Below are positions 1-8,755 of a stretch of DNA of 64,000 nt, piece after piece; positions within the stretch are counted from its first letter, which is position 1, and the number at the start of each line of letters is the position of its first letter. This DNA is from Nitrososphaerota archaeon (GTDB taxonomy: Archaea > Thermoproteota > Nitrososphaeria_A > Caldarchaeales > Caldarchaeaceae). The position numbers were made by a program, and so were the translations under genes. The stretch is from positions 288,001 to 352,000 of the forward strand of contig JBEPYN010000001.1 of NCBI GenBank assembly GCA_041641305.1. The letters run 5' to 3'. The notes below the pieces were generated by a model. It had not been told where the DNA came from and ran no database searches. It saw only the letters and a program-made list of their open reading frames with translations.

Positions 1-30
1 GCCTCAAAGCACTTACGGCGGGGTGAAAAC

Positions 31-519
31 ATGGTGGCTAAAACAGCCCTCATCCCACCATCCGACGGCACAATAAACATCCTCTTCATAACGGTCCTCA
101 CCGCGGTCGTCACACTACACATACTCACACTCATACTGGGTTCGAGAAAACTCTCACCAACGGTCCCGACAGCACCCGTCCTCCCGACACCCGTTCACCA
201 GCCTCTTCCAAGACCGAGGCCAACAACCCCTGACCCGCCGACTCAAGACTATCAAAAGAGGCTGGAAAAACTTGACGAAACACTAAAAATGCTCGAAGAA
301 AAGATAAAAAGCCAGCCGGCAAAAAACACTGAACCGGCGAAAACGCCGGCATCCAGCGTCGAAAAAACCCAGGAAGTGGAGCACCCGACCACCGCTGATG
401 CGGATGAGGGGGAAACACTAGCACCCGAGAGCCTCGATGACATCATAAGGCTGGCGCGTGAGTTGAGGGATGAGCTGAACACGTTGATGAAATCACATCG
501 GCAAAATGCCGCCATATAA
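31..519 (+). CDS. Hypothetical membrane-anchored protein (N-terminal TM helix, Pro-rich linker, coiled coils)
   Basis: Hydrophobic stretch ILFITVLTAVVTLHILTLILG, Pro/Thr-rich segment and heptad-like helices; GGGGTGA SD-like sequence upstream. Confidence 0.6.
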   Translation: MVAKTALIPPSDGTINILFITVLTAVVTLHILTLILGSRKLSPTVPTAPVLPTPVHQPLPRPRPTTPDPPTQDYQKRLEKLDETLKMLEEKIKSQPAKNTEPAKTPASSVEKTQEVEHPTTADADEGETLAPESLDDIIRLARELRDELNTLMKSHRQNAAI

Positions 520-600
520 CGTTAAAAATCGTCTAAACGCCATAATATCTTCACCTTAGCTGGAAAAACGCTAAATACCCACCTCATCCACTTAAAACCC

Positions 601-1581
601 ATGCTCAAGCCACCTGTAGAGCAATTGGAGAAATACTACAAAACTGTGCGGACACCTCGGATGCGGCTGATACTCAGGGTACAGGCTGAGGCGAGCAAAG
701 CCGTTAGAAACTGGCTAGACTCTCACGGTTTTCTCGAGCTTCTCCCACCGATTATCGGCCCGGTCACGGACCCGGGGATAAGGGGTGCGAAACAGGTAAC
801 CATAGACTATTACGGCCGAGAATACAAGGTGATGAGCAGCGCAATCCTCTACAAGCAGATGCTCGCAACCGCCTTCGACAAGATCTACTTCTTCTCCCCC
901 AACGTGAGGTTGGAGCCTCTCGAGTCTGCGACAACAGGCCGACACCTCGTCGAGTTCGTCCAAATAGACATTGAGGAGGCGGATGTTGACTACACGGCGG
1001 CTATGTCGACGGCTGAAAACCTTCTCACACACGTGGTCAACACAGTCGCGGAAACAGCCAGACAAGAGCTGGAGCAGCTTGGTCGGAAGCTGCCAAGGTT
1101 CAAAACCCCGTTCAAGAAAATTACACACGCAGAAGCTGTTGAAATCCTCCGAGCCCACGGCGAACAAGTCAGCCCAAACGCGGAGATACCGTGGCCTCAG
1201 GAGGAAAAGCTCTCAAAAATAATTAACGAGCCATTCTTCATCACAGATTATCCCAAGGGCGCCAGAGGCTTCTACGACAAAGAAGACCCACAGCGCCCCG
1301 GCATACTCAAGGACTTTGACCTCATGTACCCTGAAGGCTACGGAGAAGCTGCTTCCGGCGCTGAAAGAGAATATGAGTACAGCAAGGTTCTGGCGAGGCT
1401 TAAGCAGAGCGGTGAAAACCCTGCAAAATATGGCTGGTATCTCGACATGTTGAGAGAAGGAATTAGGCCAACTTCGGGGTTCGGCATCGGTGTCGAGAGG
1501 TTGACAAGGTATCTCTGCGGCCTCCAAGCGGTGTGGGAGGCTAGGCCCTATCCAAAAGTCGCGGGAATATACTCGCCGTGA
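601..1581 (+). CDS. asnA: Archaeal asparagine synthetase A (AsnRS-like catalytic domain without anticodon-binding domain)
   Basis: Class II aaRS motif 2 (RLE...RHLVEFVQID) and motif 3 (GFGIGVERL); 326 aa with no N-terminal OB fold. Confidence 0.85.
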   Translation: MLKPPVEQLEKYYKTVRTPRMRLILRVQAEASKAVRNWLDSHGFLELLPPIIGPVTDPGIRGAKQVTIDYYGREYKVMSSAILYKQMLATAFDKIYFFSPNVRLEPLESATTGRHLVEFVQIDIEEADVDYTAAMSTAENLLTHVVNTVAETARQELEQLGRKLPRFKTPFKKITHAEAVEILRAHGEQVSPNAEIPWPQEEKLSKIINEPFFITDYPKGARGFYDKEDPQRPGILKDFDLMYPEGYGEAASGAEREYEYSKVLARLKQSGENPAKYGWYLDMLREGIRPTSGFGIGVERLTRYLCGLQAVWEARPYPKVAGIYSP

Positions 1582-2939
1582 AGGCATCCAACCTATTCAG
1601 CATACTCACGAAGCTGGCCCGAAACCCAGGAGCCGCGCGAACACTCTTCCAGCAATACCCTGTCAAGGAGCTGGTGGAAAAAGCAGAGAAAGGCCGCCAA
1701 TCTGTCTTCCCTTTATCCGAGCTGGATGAATTCGGGAAAGCCTTACTCGGAGCACCTATCTACGTCGACCGCCCAACACGCTTCGACACCCTCGACAAAA
1801 TCCTGATAATTCCCCCGCTATATACACCTCTTAGACTCCGGAAAATGGAGGAGCTGGTGCGTGAACCACTCTTCACCGATGTGGACACTTCATGCAGCGT
1901 TGGAGGATTCATGTCCAGCCTCCCCGTCGTCGTAGCGTCGATGGGCTCAACACCTGTCTACAACAAGGTCTCCCTCGATGTGGCAAGGTCGGCCGCCGAA
2001 TCTGGTATACCTATGGGTGTGGGTGAAAACGTGGCAACCGTCTGGGGATACTCTGAGCGTGTGAAACCCAGTCAGCCATGCTTCAAGGAAAGGGTGATGA
2101 CCTATCTCGAAAACCTCGGCTACGATGGGAAAGGAGGCGTCTTCATACAGCAAAATGTGGAAGACGCATACGACGAGCTCTGGAACAGGGTCTACTCAGA
2201 CCCCGACATAACACCCTATCTTGACAAGGGGCTTGTGGGGTTTGAGATTAAGCTGGGGCAGGGAGCCAAGCCGGGTCTCGGCGGTGAAACATTCGTCGAA
2301 AAAGACCTTGCCATAAAGCTCGCAGACAAATACGTGTTCGACGCAGACCCGCGGACAGTTCAGAAAGAACTTTATGAGAGACATTCCGCACCCGGCACAT
2401 ACACCCCCGAAATCCTCCGAAGCATGATAAGGATAATGCGGAACAACTATCCACGTGCGAGGATATGGGTCAAGATGGGGCCATACAGAGACCTCGAGGA
2501 TGTTGCGAGACTCTGCAGCGAGGAGAAGGTTGATGCCTTCTGGGTTGACGGAAAAGAGGGTGGAACAGGTCTGAGCCCTGTCACGGCGTTAAAAGATTTA
2601 GGGCTCCCTCTGCTGGCGCTTCTGGGGAAAATCTTGAAGCTAAGCCGCGAAACATCCATCGACTATGTATGTAGCGGGAGACTAGTAGACGGCGCCGACG
2701 TCGTCAAAGTCCTCTGCTTCGGAGCCAAGGCCGCGGGCCTCGGGCGCCCCTTCGTGGTCACGGCATACGCCGGAGGAACAGAAGGTGTGAAAAAATATCT
2801 CGAGACAATCAGGATCGAGGTTCAGCTCCTCACCTCAGCTGTGGGAAAATACAGCGTCTCAAGCCTTGGACCCGAGGACATTAGGGCGACTGATAGAGAT
2901 GTCGCAGAGGCCCTCGGGATAAAAAGCGTCTACGATTGA
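1578..2939 (+). CDS. FMN-binding glutamate synthase (GltB domain 2)-like protein
   Basis: EIKLGQGAKPGLGG, VDGKEGGTG and SGRLVDGADVVK motifs; 4-bp overlap with asnA. Confidence 0.8.
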   Translation: MKASNLFSILTKLARNPGAARTLFQQYPVKELVEKAEKGRQSVFPLSELDEFGKALLGAPIYVDRPTRFDTLDKILIIPPLYTPLRLRKMEELVREPLFTDVDTSCSVGGFMSSLPVVVASMGSTPVYNKVSLDVARSAAESGIPMGVGENVATVWGYSERVKPSQPCFKERVMTYLENLGYDGKGGVFIQQNVEDAYDELWNRVYSDPDITPYLDKGLVGFEIKLGQGAKPGLGGETFVEKDLAIKLADKYVFDADPRTVQKELYERHSAPGTYTPEILRSMIRIMRNNYPRARIWVKMGPYRDLEDVARLCSEEKVDAFWVDGKEGGTGLSPVTALKDLGLPLLALLGKILKLSRETSIDYVCSGRLVDGADVVKVLCFGAKAAGLGRPFVVTAYAGGTEGVKKYLETIRIEVQLLTSAVGKYSVSSLGPEDIRATDRDVAEALGIKSVYD

Positions 2940-3391
2940 GAATACGCTGCCGAGACGAGGTATTGATAATCTTTTTCAGGAATTTTTCTCACGCTTCCGC
3001 GGAAATATCCATACCATCTAAACTTGTTTTTTATGAAGCTTAGGTTCTCCAGAACGTCTTCGAGTTTAACCGGGTTTGTCCAGAGCCGCGCCGCATCAAG
3101 CTTGATGAAGTGGGTGAGTTTTTCCGAGGGATAGCCCTTGATGTGAAACCTCAACTCATCGGTTATGGGCACAGGCTGTTGAGAAAAGACACCTTCGCCG
3201 ATAAACAGTCTACCCTCCATCCCCGTAGAGAAAAACACCGCCGACCCCCCGTCTGAGAGCTCCTTCATCGCAGCTATTCTCGAACTCACCAGCCAGAACC
3301 CGTGCTTTACCCTTTCAGCGGCAATCGCGCTTGCGGGGATTACTTCTTTCCCATGGACATGGTCTTTGACGACGAATATCCAGAAACCCAC
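2930..3391 (-). CDS. EVE domain protein
   Basis: N-terminal W-I-F-V, then G-x-W and C-terminal LSFIKNKFRWYGYFRGSVRKIPEKDY; GTG start chosen at 3391 behind a BRE/TATA-like element at about 3415-3427. Confidence 0.7.
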   Translation of the reverse strand: MGFWIFVVKDHVHGKEVIPASAIAAERVKHGFWLVSSRIAAMKELSDGGSAVFFSTGMEGRLFIGEGVFSQQPVPITDELRFHIKGYPSEKLTHFIKLDAARLWTNPVKLEDVLENLSFIKNKFRWYGYFRGSVRKIPEKDYQYLVSAAYSQS

Positions 3392-3425
3392 AGCCCTCGA
3401 TACCTTGGAGGCTGTATAAATTTTT

Positions 3426-5243
3426 TCAAAGTACTGTGACCGATTTGGCCAAGTTCCGCGGCTTATCCGGGTCATATCCCTTGAGGACGGCCAAGTAGTA
3501 GGCGAGAAGTTGGAACGGGACCGTGTAGATTATGGGAGACAGCAGTGGATGGATTTTCGGGAGTCCGATGTAGTGGTCGGAGATGCTCTTCAGCTCTTCA
3601 TCCTCTTTGTCGCCGAAGACGATTATTTTTGCTCCGCGGGCCTTCATCTCCATAATGCTGCTTATGTTTTGTTTTCGGTATTCGTCGGGCGGAGCCACGA
3701 AGATGACAGGGACCTTTTCCTCTATCACGCTGATTGGGCCGTGTTTGCTTTCACCCGATGGGTAAGCTATGCAGGGTATGTAGGAGAGCTCCATGACCTT
3801 TAGACGTCCTTCATAGGCTGTGCTGACGGAGATGCCGCGTCCCAAGATGAAGAGAAAAGGTGAGTTGACGAGTGTTTCCGCGAGCTCCCTCACCTTAGCC
3901 GGTGCGGTGAGCAAAACTTCTTCAACAAGCTTCGGAACCTTTGACAACTCGTGTCCAAACTCATCCATCTCAAACTGTGAAATCTTGCCTCTCAGCCTCG
4001 AAAGCCTCAAAGCAATCTGCGCCAACACGAGGACCTGCGAAGTAAAAGTCTTGGTGGCGGCCACACCTATCTCGGGCCCCGAGTTCTGGAGAACATACGC
4101 CCGCGATACACGGGTGAGCGTGGAGCCGACGGTGTTTGTTAGTCCGAGGATTGTGCATGCTCTCATCCTCGCGAAATCAAGCGCATTCAGCACGTCGGCC
4201 GTCTCGCCTGACTGGCTTACGGCGAGTATGACCGTGTCCGCTCCAACCGCTCCCCCATAGTTTGCAACAAACTCAGACGCTATGACGGGGTAGGAGGGCA
4301 TGCGAGCCACGGCTGAGAACATGTAGGAGCCTGCGAGACACGCGTTGTAGGAGGTCCCCGCACCCAGTAGAAAAACCACACGCCCCTTGTCCAGAAGCTC
4401 CGCAAGCAAATCCACATACTCTCGCTGGGTTCTCAAAGCATCTCTCAGAGAACTCGGCTGCTCAAAAATCTCCTTCAACATAAAATGTGGATGGCCTTGT
4501 TTCTCAGCCATCTCAACCGTGAGCGCAACCGTTTTCACCTGTCTATCAACAGCTGCACCATCGGCCAGACGGAAAATCTTGTAGCCGTCGACCCTAACAG
4601 CGGCGGCATCGCCGTCATTCAGAAAAACCATCTGATTGGTCATCTCTATCAAAGCAGTCATGTCAGAGGCAATCATGTTAAACCCGGCGCCTACACCGAT
4701 GATGAGTGGGGCCTCTTTACGTGCAACCATAATCACATTCGGCTCTCTCAAACATATTGCTGCAAGCGCGTAGCTTCCCTCGAGCCTTCGAACCGCGTGT
4801 ACAAAGGCCTCCTCAAACCCCATGCCACGCTTCATGAAATCCTCAATCAGATGCGGGACAACCTCGGTGTCTGTTTTTGAGACAAGGTTGTGGTTGAGGT
4901 CGGTGAGCTCTTTTCTCAGTTGAAGAAAATTCTCCAACACACCGTTGTGGACCACCGCAACCGTTCCCATGCAGTCGGTGTGAGGATGCGCGTTTACCTT
5001 AGAAGGCGCTCCATGCGTCGCCCACCTTGTATGAGCTATACCGATGCTGCCAGGCAACTTGTCCAGCGACAGTTTAGCATTCAACTCATCAACCTTCCCC
5101 GCATCCTTCTCCACAAACAAAGCATCCTCCGCAATAGTGGCCAAGCCAGCGGAATCATAGCCTCTATACTCGAGACGCTTGAGACCTTTCACCAAAATGG
5201 GAGCAGCGTCTACGGATCCGATATAACCCACGATGCCGCACAT
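3426..5243 (-). CDS. glmS: Glutamine--fructose-6-phosphate transaminase (isomerizing)
   Basis: Starts MCGIVG (Ntn Cys); LEYRGYDSAG, HTRWATHG, SQSGETAD; ends PRNLAKSVTV. Confidence 0.97.
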   Translation of the reverse strand: MCGIVGYIGSVDAAPILVKGLKRLEYRGYDSAGLATIAEDALFVEKDAGKVDELNAKLSLDKLPGSIGIAHTRWATHGAPSKVNAHPHTDCMGTVAVVHNGVLENFLQLRKELTDLNHNLVSKTDTEVVPHLIEDFMKRGMGFEEAFVHAVRRLEGSYALAAICLREPNVIMVARKEAPLIIGVGAGFNMIASDMTALIEMTNQMVFLNDGDAAAVRVDGYKIFRLADGAAVDRQVKTVALTVEMAEKQGHPHFMLKEIFEQPSSLRDALRTQREYVDLLAELLDKGRVVFLLGAGTSYNACLAGSYMFSAVARMPSYPVIASEFVANYGGAVGADTVILAVSQSGETADVLNALDFARMRACTILGLTNTVGSTLTRVSRAYVLQNSGPEIGVAATKTFTSQVLVLAQIALRLSRLRGKISQFEMDEFGHELSKVPKLVEEVLLTAPAKVRELAETLVNSPFLFILGRGISVSTAYEGRLKVMELSYIPCIAYPSGESKHGPISVIEEKVPVIFVAPPDEYRKQNISSIMEMKARGAKIIVFGDKEDEELKSISDHYIGLPKIHPLLSPIIYTVPFQLLAYYLAVLKGYDPDKPRNLAKSVTVL

Positions 5244-5317
5244 GCATGACATGACACCGTGGTTCTTTATAAACACGTTTCAAAAAACTTAAGACCGGTC
5301 AAAAAATTCTTTACATC

Positions 5318-6244
5318 ATGCGCATAGTCGAGCTTGTCAAGGATGATGCCGAGGCGGATGTTCTCCTCGCAGACCCGGTTAGTCTACGTGCTCTTTCGAC
5401 TCCGACGGCTTGGAAAGTTTTGCGCGCCTTCGTGGATGACAACTACATTTCGAGGGCGGCTTCGCAGACGGGTTTAAGCAAACAGTTGGTCAGCATGCAT
5501 GTTACGAGGCTGGTGAGGGCTGGTTTGTTGAAGGAAGTAGGTGGAAGTGTTCACAGAGGCGGATACGCTAGAATTTATCGGACCACTTCATCGGGATTAG
5601 CTTTCGTCTACTCTCGCAGATGCTGGAAAAAGAATCACCAGGCTAGGCGTATGCCCGAGCAGCTGGCGAAGTTTCTCACCCCAATCATAACCGATGGTAT
5701 ACTCGATGGACTTGTGGTGGTGGGTTCACCGCATCCACATGGACCCTTCCGAGCCGTTGCAACCGATGGACACTATGGTTTCCAGCTGGGGTTGTTCCTC
5801 GGAAAATACATCGCCTCCCAGAAGGATTTCGCCGTTAGGCTGGACGTCGACGTCAAATCGGAAAAACTATACACCGAGAACCTACTCCTCATCGGAGGCC
5901 CCGGCACAAACCTCATAACCGCGGAGATAAACAAAGAGATGCCAATATATTTTCTCGAGAACAACTACTGGGGAGGCCTCGTCTCGCCCAAAGCTGTATA
6001 CACAAGCGAGTTCACAGGACTTGTCGCAAAAACAGTCAACCCATTCAACCAGAGCAAACAGGTCATAGTTTTAGCTGGGCTAAGGGCCGCTGGAACAAAA
6101 GCGGCGGTAATAGCTCTAACGAACCACTGGCAAAGCCTCTTGAGCAGCTACACAGGGCAAGAGAGATGGGCAGCCGTTGTCGAGGGCCTAGACCTTGACG
6201 GCGACGGAAAAATAGACTCGGTCAACGTGTTAGAGACCGCTTAA
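5318..6244 (+). CDS. ArsR-like winged-HTH protein with C-terminal alpha/beta domain (putative regulator)
   Basis: N-terminal HTH (ISRAASQTGLSKQLVSMHVTRLVRAGLL); C-terminal NLLLIGGPGTN and DLDGDG motifs; divergent from glmS. Confidence 0.65.
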   Translation: MRIVELVKDDAEADVLLADPVSLRALSTPTAWKVLRAFVDDNYISRAASQTGLSKQLVSMHVTRLVRAGLLKEVGGSVHRGGYARIYRTTSSGLAFVYSRRCWKKNHQARRMPEQLAKFLTPIITDGILDGLVVVGSPHPHGPFRAVATDGHYGFQLGLFLGKYIASQKDFAVRLDVDVKSEKLYTENLLLIGGPGTNLITAEINKEMPIYFLENNYWGGLVSPKAVYTSEFTGLVAKTVNPFNQSKQVIVLAGLRAAGTKAAVIALTNHWQSLLSSYTGQERWAAVVEGLDLDGDGKIDSVNVLETA

Positions 6245-6814
6245 TAGGTCCAGCTGCTTCTCGGCCTCTTTCAAGTCCTCTACTTTGTCGATGTCCAGCA
6301 GCATCCATTTCTCAACATCAACCACAACAGGCCTTATCTCCGACAAGACTCCTCTCGCTCCCACGTCGCCATGCAGATTCAACAACTTATGGAAAACTCG
6401 TTTGCTGAAGACTGCGGGAGTTACCGGCACCCCGTTCAACCCGGCGGCCACAGCGTCAACATCCTTTTCCAGAAACACCTCCACCAGCTTACGTACAACC
6501 GGTTTTATGAAAGGCATGTCACCCAACACAGCCAAGAGGCCATTGGCTTGATACGGTGTCCAAGAAACTGCGAGCTTCAACGCCTCTGACATTCCCTTAT
6601 CAGCTCTCCTGTTAACCAGCACCGAGAAGCCGTCGGGAAAACGGTACTTTCCAAGCTGCTCAGACCTTACAACGACAGCTCTGTAATCACAAAACTCAAC
6701 AGCTTCGAGAGCCCACATGTAAAGAGGCTTCCCGCCCAACATAGTTGACATCTTATCCGCCCCAAACCTCTTAGAAAAACCTGAGGCGAGAACAGCAGCG
6801 GCCACCGTTGTCAT
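6230..6814 (-). CDS. MocA/MobA-like nucleotidyltransferase
   Basis: LASGFSKRFGADK, LGDMP, GDVGAR and DIDxxED motifs; start placed at MTTVAAA. Confidence 0.85.
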   Translation of the reverse strand: MTTVAAAVLASGFSKRFGADKMSTMLGGKPLYMWALEAVEFCDYRAVVVRSEQLGKYRFPDGFSVLVNRRADKGMSEALKLAVSWTPYQANGLLAVLGDMPFIKPVVRKLVEVFLEKDVDAVAAGLNGVPVTPAVFSKRVFHKLLNLHGDVGARGVLSEIRPVVVDVEKWMLLDIDKVEDLKEAEKQLDLLSGL

Positions 6815-6887
6815 CGCACATGTATTCGTCGACCAGTTAAAAAAATTTAAAACTTGACGCAACACATACATAATAGGTGTTTTAAGG

Positions 6888-7553
6888 TTGTACTCAGCTA
6901 GGGAAAGGGTTGAGGATTATCGCTCAAGATTACTCTCGCTAACACAGGACCAGATGCGGAGAATTCTGGACCTTCTCCGCAAAACCGTGCTGATGGTGGA
7001 GATTGCGAGCAAAGAACCAGACAGTAAGAAGGTTGAGGAAACATATTCCGAGGTCATGCAGATAGACGAGGCTGCGAAAAACTGTCGCAGACAGGTAGAG
7101 AAGGAGGTATCCGAGATAGGGGCCCTGCTTACGAACAGAGAAGACTTCATCCGTTTGGTCAACTCTTTAGACAAAATAGCAGACATCGCGGAGGGAGTCG
7201 CGTTTAGGGTGGTCGGCCTCGTTAAATCTAGGATGAAGCTCGATAAAGAGATAATGACGCAGGTTCTCAGCCTTGCCGAGCTCGTTCTTCAGACCGTTAC
7301 ACGTCTGAGGGAAGCTATACTGGCGGTCACACTAAACAGCGAAACCTTCTACCAAAAACTCAAGGAGACCGAGGAATTTGAGAGAAAAGTGGACGAACTC
7401 TATAGGAACATTGATTTGACCCTCCTAATGTCGGACATGAAGATAGGCCAGCTTCTGCTGGTGCGTGAAATAGTCTCGATGCTGGAAGACATCGCCGACA
7501 TGGCTGAGGAATCTGTGGAAACCCTCCGTGTACTCTCATTCGTTATCCTATGA
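6888..7553 (+). CDS. DUF47/PhoU-like phosphate transport regulator
   Basis: REDFIRLVNSLDKIAD and EEFERKVDELYR...LEDIAD repeats. Confidence 0.8.
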   Translation: MYSARERVEDYRSRLLSLTQDQMRRILDLLRKTVLMVEIASKEPDSKKVEETYSEVMQIDEAAKNCRRQVEKEVSEIGALLTNREDFIRLVNSLDKIADIAEGVAFRVVGLVKSRMKLDKEIMTQVLSLAELVLQTVTRLREAILAVTLNSETFYQKLKETEEFERKVDELYRNIDLTLLMSDMKIGQLLLVREIVSMLEDIADMAEESVETLRVLSFVIL

Positions 7554-7556
7554 CGT

Positions 7557-8102
7557 GTGCCGCGGATGTTTGAGGGCCTGCTTCTAGGAGACAGCGTAGT
7601 TGTATGGAATGTTGACCAAGCGCGGGAGCTTTACCGCACAGGATTCTATGGAAAACCCCTAGGCGTCCCCAAGCCAAGAGACCTCAACTTCGATGCCCCC
7701 CTTGTCCTCGACCTTGTCGAGGCTCTTTACCTCGCTAAGCAGCGAAAGCTGCGTATTCTCCGCGGCGACACAGAGATTTCTCCCGAGGATTTTGAGGAAT
7801 ATGCCGCATCGGTGGAGCCGAACTTCAAAACAAAGTACCATGTCTACGCAGACCTACGTGAACGTGGTTTCATAGTCCTGCCGGGGATAAAGTTCGGCAG
7901 CGACTTCGCGGTTTACCGACATGGCCCCGGCATAGACCATGCGCCATTCATCATACAGATTAAGAAGGGTGATGATAGGCTTTCTGCCTTGGAGATAATT
8001 AGGGCGGGGCGCCTCGCCACCTCTGTCAAAAAACATTTCACGATATCTGTGCCCACTGATGATAAAGTTGTGTACCTGATGTTTGAGTGGTGGAGAGCTT
8101 AA
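7557..8102 (+). CDS. endA: tRNA-intron endonuclease, catalytic subunit
   Basis: LVEALYL, VYADLRERG, GIKFGSDFAVY, H and RLATSVKK (Tyr/His/Lys triad present). Confidence 0.93.
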   Translation: MPRMFEGLLLGDSVVVWNVDQARELYRTGFYGKPLGVPKPRDLNFDAPLVLDLVEALYLAKQRKLRILRGDTEISPEDFEEYAASVEPNFKTKYHVYADLRERGFIVLPGIKFGSDFAVYRHGPGIDHAPFIIQIKKGDDRLSALEIIRAGRLATSVKKHFTISVPTDDKVVYLMFEWWRA

Positions 8103-8755
8103 ACCATACGGATGTAGATGACGTGGAGTAGTTTTCCAAATTTCTTGATTTCGAGCAGCTTGTGCCCCGTGCGCTCGGCGTAGGCAATCATGTCAACCTC
8201 TGTAGCCGGTTCAGAGGTTATCACATGCAGGCTCTCCCCAACCTTGAGGTAACGCGAGATAAAGTCGCCGACCTGTGTCAGGATGTTTTCACATGTTTCG
8301 CCGAAAACTGTGAGACGGAAATCGGCAAGTGTTTCTAAACAGGCCACGCCTCTCTCCGCGTTTATCGCGGCAAATTTTTCGGCGGCTGTCGACGAGTCCA
8401 CAGCATTTGTCAGGGGTTTCTCCGCACGCACCTTTGCTAGCCATCCCTCATCGTAGGTGTTTTTCACCAAAAGCTCCGGTGTCAAAACCGGGTTAGTCTC
8501 AAGTATAATGCAGTCGACTGGTGCAAGCAAGGCGGCGTCGGCCCGTGGGTTGGACAACACCGCCAGCATGGTGTTTTTCTTGGCCAGCGTACCTGATTGC
8601 CTCACGGTGACCCGGTGAGGTTTTCCGACAAAAAATAGATAGGGTTTTACGACGCCTACTAGGTAGGTGTTGTCTGAGAGAGGCTGCATCCAGAGGTCGT
8701 GTTCCACAACGTATAGTCTGTCGCTTGGGTAAATGCAGCCGTCAGCCTGGGTCAA
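8099..8755 (-). CDS. Fusion of GcvH/LbpA-like domain (no lipoyl Lys) and TusA-like sulfur-carrier domain
   Basis: N-half follows the H-protein pattern (PSDRLY..EH.LW, VG, APV, PELL...Y.EGWLAKV); C-half follows TusA (G.TC, LKVGESLHVITSEP...D...YAERTGHKLL). Confidence 0.75.
   Translation of the reverse strand: MTQADGCIYPSDRLYVVEHDLWMQPLSDNTYLVGVVKPYLFFVGKPHRVTVRQSGTLAKKNTMLAVLSNPRADAALLAPVDCIILETNPVLTPELLVKNTYDEGWLAKVRAEKPLTNAVDSSTAAEKFAAINAERGVACLETLADFRLTVFGETCENILTQVGDFISRYLKVGESLHVITSEPATEVDMIAYAERTGHKLLEIKKFGKLLHVIYIRMV

Noticed and set aside
8099-8755. Calling this gene gcvH of the glycine cleavage system
   Set aside because: The lipoyl-accepting Lys is replaced by Arg, there is an extra TusA-like domain, and it is coupled to a rhodanese rather than the gcv operon
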